A DNA stretch of 63,948 bases, filler included, from Kipferlia bialata (taxonomy: Eukaryota): the NCBI GenBank assembly GCA_003568945.1. It is 5 parts of 5 records of this genome, joined end to end, with 100 filler letters (N's around TTAATTAATTAA, not from the genome) between each part and the next. Parts side by side here need not be neighbours in the genome. Positions count along the whole stretch, not along the records: positions 25,679 to 40,507 come from BDIP01000211.1; 4 more parts are not named here. The stretch is one strand, 5' to 3'. The position numbers and the translations under genes are program-made. Each line of letters opens with the position of its first letter. Position 1 is the stretch's first letter. The notes below the pieces were generated by a model, which was not told where the DNA came from, did not search any database, and saw only the letters and a program-made list of their open reading frames with translations. Shown piece after piece: positions 25,845 to 36,462 of this stretch.

Positions 25845-28800
25845 GTCCCTCACTCCCAGTCCTCTCTCCTCGAGGCCCTCCTCTCGGTAGTCTCTCTCTC
25901 TCTCTCTCCCCCCCTCACTTCCAGTCCTCTCTCCTCGAGGCCCTCTTCCTCGTCCTCTCTCTCTCTCTCTCTCTTCTGATATCAGTCCTCTCTCCTTGAG
26001 GCCCTCTTCCTTGTCCTCTCCGCCTCCCCTGCACCCGATGTGTCTGTACTCAGAAGGAACAGCAGTGGAGATGTGGCATCAACTGCAGAGGTATATATGT
26101 ATATATATATCATCATCTATATATGTGTGTATGTGTGTATGCGTTTGTATATGAAACATTGTAGACGTCACATAAACCGCTGTCTCCTTCCTCACCGCTC
26201 TCCCTCTCCAATCTGGATCGGTGTTACCCCACTCCTGCCGCCTATTTATATCTCCCTCTCCCTGACTGAGTGACTCTCTTTCTCGTGTATCCCTTTCTTT
26301 CTCTATCCCTGACCCTAGATAGTGTCACCTTGGTTGGCAATGACCTCTCCCTCCCTCCCTCCATCTCTCTCCCCCCCCCTCTCTCTCTTCATAAATATAT
26401 ATTTGTCTCACCCCAGATCAGTGTCACTCTTGTAGGCAATGCCCGGTACATGTTTGACCCCTCGTCCACCCTGGTCATATCACTCACGCTGGTATGTCAT
26501 GTATATATACTATATATATAGTGTATATATATATATATTCGCATTGTGTTAATAATACGACCCCTCATCCACCCTGGTCATATCACTCACGCTGGTATGT
26601 TACATATACAGTTGCATACACACATATATGTGTATGTTGTGTGTCTGATACATGTTTGACCCCTTGTCCACACTGGTCATATCACTCACGCTGGTATGTG
26701 TATAGGTCATTCAATATGGCTAGTATGTATGTCTCTTCAATGTTTGACCCCTCATCCACCCCCACATCATACTGACTCTGCGTGTGCATCAGTATGTTGT
26801 ATATGTGTCTCACCCCCCAGATCTGGTCAGGGTCAGGCCTCAATGCAGTGTATATACATATGAACAGTATCTATATATTCCTATATATATGTATATAGTG
26901 TTTATGAACAGTATCTATATATTCCTATATATCAGTATGGTGTCTATATTGTATCTCACATTCCAGATCCGGTCAGGCACAGGCCTCAACGCAGTGTACA
27001 GACTCAACGGGAAGAGAACACCCTCGGCATCTGTGCGGTGAGTACACTTATTAATGTTTGATATTCATATATTGCAATCATATAGCAAGATGTACTTCTT
27101 CTCTCTAACCCCAGGTCCTTCCTCCATGCCAACAGTGCGCTGCTCACATTCCCAGCATCGTACATCAGGCAGAACACAGGTATATGTTTACAATACTAGT
27201 TTAGAATATGATATGTATATGTATAGGTAGCATCATACATCAGGCAGAACACAGGTACACTTGTTAGCATATACAATGCTTTATGCATTAGTCATACAGA
27301 GGATGTGTTTATATTATGATAGATATATACTATACTATAATAGTTATCTCTCTCTCTCTTTGTCTGTCTCTGTATGTATACATTACTCACCCTAGTCTCC
27401 GAGCTGTTTGGCACCGGGGGCACTGGCTCTAACACTTGAATATTCACTCTATAGATAATATATATACTATGTGTGTGCATGTATTGTATCACATATATCA
27501 CTCACCCAAGTCTCTGAGCTGTTTGGCACACATATATATACATATGATGTTTCATATATATATATATATTCATCACTCACCTAAGTCTCTGAGCTGTTTG
27601 GCACCGGGGGCACTGGCTCTAACACTTGAATATTCACTATATATATATTATGTATACTATGTATGCATGTATTGTATCGTATTTATCACTCATATCAGTC
27701 TCCGAGCTGTTTGGCACACACATATATGCATGTATTGAGTCATATTTATACAATTATCATTCATATCAGTCTCTGAGCTGTTTGGCACCGACACATATTC
27801 ACATGATGTTTCATATATATACATATACTTAATGCTCACCCTAGTCTCTGAGCTGTTTGGCACCGGGGGCACTGGGTCCAGTGCAGTCAGTGACACAGTC
27901 AGCACAGTCAGGGTGCTGCAGGTATGGTTATGCATATATGGATATGGGTATAGTTTTATATAATCGGAGGGAAAGAGTGATATGTGAGTGACACAGTCAG
28001 CACTGAGGGTGCTGCATGTAAGCTATTGCTATATTCTCTGGATTATTTGTATTGCTTCTAGTATATACATCTACTCTCGTCTATCCCCGGGCCGTCACTG
28101 GTCGGTCTGATGACTCTGCCGAGAGAGAGACACAACTCTATGTACTGTTATATATATGTATGTGTATATGTGTGTAGATTATATACATAGTGACTCACCC
28201 CAGGCCGTGACTGGTGGGTCTGATGACTCTGCCGAGAGAGATTCAACTCTATATACTATTATATATATATATGTGTATGTGTGTGTAGAGCATATAGACC
28301 TACTTATCCCCAGGCCGTGACTGGTGGGTCCGATGACTCTGCCGAGAGAGAGACACTACTCTATATATACTACTATATATATGTGTGTGTATATGTGTAC
28401 ATAGTATATACACCTACTTACCCCCAGGCCGTGACTGGTGGGTCCGATGACTCAGCCGAGAAGGGCATCAGAGAGAAGCTGGACAGGACTCTGGTTGCAC
28501 AGAGGTCTACCAAGGTAAATATGAATATGTGTGTAGTATATACATTGATACATGTGTTTATAAGGGTATGTTCAGAGAGAAGCTCGATAGGACTCCAATA
28601 GTACAGAGGTCAACTAAGGTACATTGACAGTGATATTAGTGTCTATGAGTGTATATGGCAATATAACACTATCAGTATACGTTGTACCAGTGCCAATGTC
28701 AGTGATGTGGATATCCACAATATATGCGTTTAACCCCAGGTCAGCATCGATGCCATGGAGGCCAGGATAGAGGCACAGCGCAGGTATTAACAATATGTAT

Positions 28801-29461
28801 AGTAATATATATAAATGTATGAGTTCTATAATGGTAAAATGGAGGGGTTGATAGTGATACTGATCCCAGGACAAGGCAGCTGAGGCAGACCATAGACAGA
28901 CTGGAGACTGCCATCCAGGCAGAGAGGGAGAGGCTGACAGCTGGGGCTGTACTGGAGATAGGGGCTGCCCTGTTTAGAAGGTAATACATGGAGTGTGCAT
29001 ATAATATATATATTGATATTGATATAAAGAATTATAGAGAGAGTGGGGGGGGGTGAGAGAGGCTGACGAGCACTGTACTCGAGATTGTGGCAGAATTATT
29101 CAGGAGGTAATGCATAGTGTTTGTATATAGTATATGTATACGTATATATATTCAGGTAGAGAGGGGGATGCTGCTCGCTAGTGTGCAGTGCTATATATTT
29201 GATCTGCCATATTTAGACAGTAAGATATATGTCTATCTATATCTACATGTAGTATACGTGTACGGCTGTGGTAGTGTAATTGCGTATCAGAGTGTGTTCT
29301 CCTCATATACAGAGAGGGCCAGATCTGTGCCATCCAACATTCCCTGAGTGACTGATATATCATTGAATAGGACTATAGTATGTACAGTTGTGTATCTAAT
29401 AATCACGAGAGGGCCAGATCTGTGCCATCCAGCATGCCCTGACTGTGGCAGAGGGAGAGAG

Positions 29462-29498
<37 letters not shown>

Positions 29499-29621
29499 CT
29501 ATCTATGTGTCTGATAGACAGAGAAGGTCAGATCTGTGCCATCCAGCATGCATTGACTGTGGCAGAGGGAGAGAGGGAGAGGGCACAGGAGACAGTAGAG
29601 GGATTGGCTGCTAGAGTGGAG
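25679..29621 (+). CDS. 5'-truncated hypothetical protein: Ser/Pro-rich region, beta-rich segment, then coiled coil
   Basis: Exons ISVTLVGNARYMFDPSSTLVISLTL, IRSGTGLNAVYRLNGK, EKGIREKLDRTLVAQR, RQLRQTIDRLETAIQAERERL, ETVEGLAARVE. No stop found before the BPI exons, and the exon chain near 29150-29520 is unresolved. Confidence 0.65.
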
Positions 29622-30061
29622 GTATGTTGAGTATATATATATACATATACACATACATATGGTGAGAGAGAGAGAGAGGGCACAGGCACAGGAGAAGGTG
29701 GAGGGACTGGCAGCCAGGGTAGAGGTACATTGAGTATATATCTATTTATATAGGGAGAGAGAGATAGTGGGAGAGAGGGCACAGGCACAGGAGACAGTGG
29801 AGGGACTGGCTGCTAGAGTGGAGGTAGGATATATACACACACACACACACATATATATATATAGAGAGAGAGAGGGCACCGGAGACAGTGGAGGGGCTGG
29901 CTTCTAGAGTGGAGGTATTGTAAGTAAGTCTGTGTATATATATAGAGAGAGGGGTGGGGGGGGGGGGGCAGAGAGGGATGATGTGCTGCCACATCATACG
30001 TGTCATATGAGGAGTGGATTGCCACATACACTCCCCCCCCCCCCCCCTTCCTCACCCCCAG

Positions 30062-30994
30062 GATGCCATTGAGGACTCCCTCCCCGATGCCATCCTGGAT
30101 GTGTCTCAGGATGAGCTGGCCACCATGGACTATCTAGTGCCCATCGACGACCACGAGTTCGTGTCCTTCTACCTCACAGGGGACCCAGTGGTCACCTCAG
30201 ACGCCCTCTCTCTCTACTGCGAGGGCAAGTTTGGCCAGTATGACGACCCCTCCTGGGACTACCCCCTGACCATTGTGCCACACACCCTGTCCAACGGGGA
30301 CTTCACCACTATGCAGGTGGGTGTGGATATGTGTATTTATGTGTGTGTGCGTATATATCTATATGTGTTGAATAGTACCCCCTCACCCTCAGCTTGTGAT
30401 CACGGAGGACGTCCCCAACTCCATCCTCGCCCTATCAACTGACAGAGGCAACCTCAGCTACAACATCACAAATGCAGACGTCGGATCAGACTTTGTACGT
30501 GACTGTGTAATCAAATCATACTATTATCTATTCTCTCCCTCTTCTCACCACAGGAGAAGTGGTGGCCCCTAACCATCCGGTCACTGGCTGTGTTCATGCC
30601 AGGCCTCAGGGACATCTTCCCAGACCAGGACATGGAGTTCTACATGCAGGTACACAGTAGTGATAGCAGTTGTGTATGTTTGTTGCAAATGAATTCTTTA
30701 CCAGAACATGGAGTTTTACATACCAATGGGTAGTGGTACTATCAGTATACACATGTTCTATATGTGTACTAGTGGCACTGTCTGACCCCCAGCTTGAGCC
30801 CAGCATGTACCCGACCGTGTCCTTCTCCGATGCTGACGGTATGGCCCTGTCAGCTGATGCCACCATATCCGCCATAGCCTGTGACGGGTACCAGACAGAC
30901 ATCTTCGACCTCGACCTCCACCTCGCCCTCTCCCTCGAGCCCATGCTGTTCTCCAACGCCACAGACGTGTACATCTCTGCCACCATCGGCTTCG

Positions 30995-31032
<38 letters not shown>

Positions 31033-31455
31033 ATGACCCATCCCAGGACATGTACCTCGACAGAGTCTATGAATGTATAGATATAGTATATATGTAGTAT
31101 CTATAGTACTCTTAAGCACCCTATGTTAGTGTACTCATACCCAGGACATGGACCTTGACACAGTCTACACCATCACAGACTCCATTGATCTGTCTGGTAT
31201 TGGGGATGTCATCGATGTACTCTTTGAGTATGTGCTGATACCACTCTGGAACGACCTGTTTGAGGTGGGTAGTGCCAATGTCGCATATTGCTTATGTATA
31301 TATATATGTGTGTGTGTATGTATAATATACACTGACCCCAGGTGATTGGCGGCATTCCCCTCCCCATGGTGCCTGGTGTGCAGTTTGTCAACTCCTCCTT
31401 CCTATACGGGGACAGGCTCTTCCAGATAGCAACGGACTTTGCATTCACCATATAG
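30062..31455 (+). CDS. BPI/LBP/CETP (TULIP) family lipid-binding protein, C-terminal half
   Basis: Spliced product ends LIPLWNDLFE-VIGGIPLPMVPGVQFVNSSFLYGDRLFQIATDFAFTI, the typical BPI C-domain end (GIPLP...N......D...I.TD). It also contains SFYLTGDPVVTSDALSLYCEGKF and FMPGLRDIFPDQDM. Confidence 0.8.
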
Positions 31456-31459
31456 GTGC

Positions 31460-31491
<32 letters not shown>

Positions 31492-31694
31492 TAATTGGTA
31501 GAATTTAGAATTTGAGTTTCAGGTTTCACTATCGAGGCCATTTGTCCTCTAGGATACATGTGTCATCGAATAGAGTATGATTATATGTAGGGTGTGTATT
31601 GTATAGATATGCCTAACAAATGATGTTTATTGAATGGTTTGGCTGCCTTCACAGAGACACACCACATACACCACACACACATGTAGCCAACCCC

Positions 31695-32983
31695 TCATGT
31701 TCCAAACCCAGTGGCGGCTGGTTCCTCCTCCTTGTCCAGCTGGTGCAGGTCCTGTCTGGTGAAGAACCGGGGCAGCAGCTTCTCCCTCAGTGGGATGAGA
31801 CAGGGGATGAACAGCGGGAAGATGATACCTGGGGGGAGGGGGGTATAGATAGTCAGGGTAGTCCTGTCACAGTCACAACAATCACTCGATACATACTATA
31901 CTATCAACTCCACCAGCACGTACCGTATGAGGAGTGCTCTACCGCGAAGAAGAATATGAGGATGCCGGCCTGCACTATGGTGAATGCCACGAGTGCCCTC
32001 TTCCTGACATGCCTGACATAGTGCTGCGGGGGGTACAGGTTGGGGGACATGAACAGGATCTGGATGCGCTCCCACAGCTGCACCTGGGAGAGGGTGGTGT
32101 ATCCAATGAAGACAAACAGACCCCAGTACACGGGCATGGGTATCATCTCGAGGTAGTCACTGATGAGCAGGGAGCAGAGGAGGAGGGCAGCGATCATGGC
32201 GCCACTCAGCCTGTTCTCAGCACACCTCACACACCTGGACTGCACTGCCTTCGTGTGGGGGTCGACTGTTGTCTCGACCACGCCCATGCTCAGGACATGC
32301 ATGATGCTCTGCACCGTGCTGCCTACCACAATGGGCCACCCAAACAGACCTGACACGATGGTGCCCACGCCAATCACACACAGGTCGAGGTGGTAGGCAG
32401 CGCCCTTGTTCACCTAGGGTGGGAAGAGAGAGAGAAAGGCAGTACTAATAACCACACGCCAGGTCATAGTCACACCAATAGAGCCACCCCCCTCTCCTTG
32501 TACTTGTGTGGACACTGATATACACTTAGAGTCACTGTATCTATATATATATGATGTCTGATACCTTGTACTTGTGTGGGTTGTTGATATATACATACAG
32601 TCACACCCTGCATATGTATGTATCTATGTATATATATATCTATGTATACGTCTGATACCTTGTACTTGTGTGGGTTGTTGATGAGCCTGGCCGTGCACCC
32701 CTCGTCAATGAATAGCAGGATGGCGCCAAAGACCCCTGGGAACACACACAGCAGAGGCATGTACCACGGCATGTCCCCCGGCATAAGGTCCACCACACTC
32801 CAGATGGACGTGCTCTCCCCACTCTCAGAGTCGCTGTGCCCAAGCTCTAGGGCCTCTAGCTCCACAGAGGGGAACACATACCGCAGCCCCACCCCTGCCA
32901 ATACGGCTATGGGCATGGCAAACTCTGAGGCAAAGTTCCTGGCCCTGGCAGACAGGAACCTAGGGGGAGGGGGGGGGGGGAGG

Positions 32984-33027
<44 letters not shown>

Positions 33028-34351
33028 AGTTCCAGACATAGCAGAGAGGAATCCCACCTAGAGTCCCTAGCCCTGTGCAGCTGGGATGCCAGCCAGGCCA
33101 CCACGATAGTGATGAGGATGGAGAATATGACAGAGTCGGTGTGGACGTCCTCCCCACTGGCGTAGTGGGTCAGCTCCTCGAAGGCATCGTATAGGAAGAT
33201 GAGGGAGACTAGGGCGGCATGGATCTCGTCGATGAAGCGTGTGAAGCGTCTGATGAGGACCGACCACTCCAGCCCAGCCATCAGGATGCATGCCACGCCC
33301 ATCCAGATGCAGGACCAGGCGTAGAAGGGCAGGAAGAGAGCGTCGTCCCCAAACACCCAGAGACACTGGGCATAGAGGGCTGCTATGAAGACCATAACCA
33401 GACCAGTGGGTCCCACCAGGATCATGGGCTGTCCGGCACATGCAGACCAGAGCAGACCCATGACACCACTGGCTATCAGGGCCTCGTTCACTCCTGGGGG
33501 GTGAGGTGGGGGGGGGGGGATGAGTATGGTAGTCTATGACACATCCCTACCTAGCAGGTGGTTGGTTGTGTTGGCTCCGAACACACCGAATGCGATGGTG
33601 GGTGTCAGAACAGCCAGGAACAGGGTGAAGACAGTACTCAGTGTCTTCTTGAAGGACACGAACCCTTCAACCCAGTCGTGCACGTACCACTACGGTTAGC
33701 CAGAGAGACAGATGGAGGGAGTGAACAGAGAAATACACATACACTAAGACATACTGGGTCAATAGATACCTTGCTCCGCCTGCACACATCTGCCTTGACC
33801 CCCCCAAAGAACTTGCCACTCTTGGCCAAGGGGTCCAGGTGGAACCTGTGTCTGCCCCTCTCATTGGCCTGCTGCTCTGCCTTTGTGGGTGTGTGGCAGG
33901 GGGACACATTGCGGCTGTAGGTGGTGGCGGCATTGAATGATGCTCCGTGCATCCTGCCAGTGGGTAGTCCCAGCATGGAGGGCTCTCTCCACCGACCATG
34001 TCCCGACTTGGGGGTGTCTCTACCACTCAAAGTACCACCCTTAGCACCCTGTGCCTGTGTCTGGTTGCCCCCTGCCTTACTCTCCTTACCCTTGGGACCC
34101 GATGGTATGGGTGCCCTAGGCCTTGACAGCAGGTTGAGGTTGGACCCGCTCTGTCTGGCCGATGCCATCTGCAGGGCTATGCTGTCCTTGAGCTCTAGAG
34201 GGAGGGGTCTCTTGGCTGCCAGACTGTTGGACCTGGGCCTCATATCAGGCAGGGGCACTGCCTCTACCGCATTGGCCATCTTAGTCATGGGGGCACCCTC
34301 CACAGCTATGTCCAGAAGGCCCATGGTGGTGCATGGGGTGAGGGGGGGGGG

Positions 34352-34386
<35 letters not shown>

Positions 34387-36247
34387 GTCAGTGTACTAAC
34401 TGTGCATACCTGGGACCCCCCTGCCCTGCGAGGCTGCCCTGTCTCTCCGTCTAGTCTCCCTGGCAGTTGGCTCCTCCTCATCCGCTGGTGTTCTGAACAC
34501 ATCCTCTGCTATGGTGGCTATGGTCCGGAGGGTGTGGCAGAAGTCGCCCATGGTCTTGGCGGTCAGGGCAGAGTCGTGGATGCGGTGGAACAGGATGAGG
34601 GAGGTCAGCAGTCGGCAGAGGGCAACGACGTCCAGGTACTCAGACTCCGACCCGTATATGAAGAAGACAAACTCTGTGGGCTGGAGGTCTGGGGCGTCGA
34701 AGTTGGTGGGCCTCTTGAGCCGGGCAAAGGTGACCTCCAGCTTGCCTGTGAAGCCCTTGGAGGGGGGCACCATGCCGATGAGGATGTCTATGCCGTGGCC
34801 TAGGGCCCTGGGGTGAGGGGGAGAGGACTGGATTAGAGATGCTATAACTCAAGGCTCTATGGTATGTACTATACACGATACCTTGGCTCTGAGTCACACA
34901 GGTCCAGCATGGAGGCACAGATGCCATCGGCCTCTCTCTTGCCTAGGGGTGAGGGGGGGGGGAGTTATGCTAGACGAAGAGAGAAGAGTTTCAGATATAC
35001 CGGTACCTAGCACCCTCTGCTCGTGCACCATCCACTTGCCAAAGGCCTCCACAATACCCTCGTGGGAGTATGCATCGATGGTGGGGACGATGGGGATCTT
35101 GTCCATCTTGGACAATAGGCCTCGCAGGGCCTGGCGGGTGCTGGGGTGAGCCACGAGTAGGCAGACGAGACATGGGAGAGAGAAGGAGAGATAGAGAGGA
35201 GGGAGGAGGGGGGGGGGGGTAGGGGCAGATGTGACTATTGTGACTTATTAGTTAGACATGTATAACAGCGGCCCCCCACCTGTTGTATCTGCATGGTGCT
35301 ATCTCCACCCCCGTTGGGAACACCGAGTACAGCTTGGACTGCAGACCCGAGGCCAGGGAGTGGTACTGCTTCTGGATGTGGGTGCGGTACCTGGCCCTGA
35401 CCTCATCAATGTCAGGCAGGTCACCTGGCAGTGAGAGAGGGGGAGAGAGAGAGAGAGAGAGAGAGACATACATGCACACACACTAGGACCCCCCCACCTG
35501 TGATTGACTCTGACTCCTCGTCTGCCACAGCTGCCAGCTCACACAGGTCGTTGAAGGACCCCGCCCTGCTGAGCATGGGTGTATGGGGCATGGTGCCCTG
35601 CACAGAGTGGGAGAGGGAGTGGGGGTGGGACGGGTTGGCAGACCGGGCGGAGAAGGCCAGGGCGGGTGAGACGTGTCCAAGGTTCTGAGATGTGGGGTCC
35701 TGCATGGTCAGGGGTCACACACGTATATAGCCTATTTACAGTAGATCCAGTAGGGCATATGTACATACCGTATTTGTAACTATAGTCTTACAGACCAACA
35801 GTAGACATGAGGGTCAAATTGGGACCATGGAATAGACACTCCTACTACGCCATATTAGGATAATCAACATTGCGACACACCCATTAACTGCCATACTATC
35901 CCAAACAGATATATAGAGAAGACACTACTCAATCCACACAACTTCAAAGTCGCGGAGTCAATGACAAGATCAACATGAATCACGTAAATCCAGGCTACAC
36001 ATGTTCATACTACTACTGCACCATATCAGTACCAGACACACCAACATACCTGTGCAAACACGTCGATGGAGAGCTGGGGCATTGACTTCTCTCTGCCGCC
36101 CATACCCCCAACTGAGGATGCCCTAGAGCGAGACATGGACGCCCTCAGCGCCCTCACGTCAATGGCCACATCGTCCGAGGAGGGGTCTGCGTCGGTGTCA
36201 GTGTCAACTGACAGATGGCATAGGTCCACAGATAGGTGAGGATCCAT
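31695..36247 (-). CDS. SLC4 family (band 3 / bicarbonate / borate) anion transporter with N-terminal cytoplasmic domain
   Basis: Motifs: FFGGVKADV.RR..WYVHDW, LTPTIAFG, AGQPMILVGPTG, RFTRFIDEI, LLFIDEGCT, KGAAYHLDL, ENRLSG, IPMPVYWGLFVFIG, QLWERI, YPPQHYVRHV. Cytoplasmic-domain motif FARLKRP...PTEFVFFIYG. Confidence 0.93.
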
Positions 36248-36462
36248 CGTGAAGAGAGAGAGGTGATGCGTGAGTAAATCGCTCCGTTTGAGTCAGAAAC
36301 GGCTAGACCCTTTCTGACCGGTTTACGCGTCTGTTAGATACGCTTCTACACCAGAGCCATTCTGCTTGCACGTCTGTCGTTTGGACTCATCTCCTCCACA
36401 GTATATCGATTAATGATGAGTTGCCGGAGAGCTCACTATGACAGACTAATTTGGCTGCATAT

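Noticed and set aside
26040..29621. UVRAG/Vps38 identity for the beta-rich + coiled-coil gene
   Set aside because: Only the architecture is suggestive. No diagnostic motif is visible and the C-terminus is missing.
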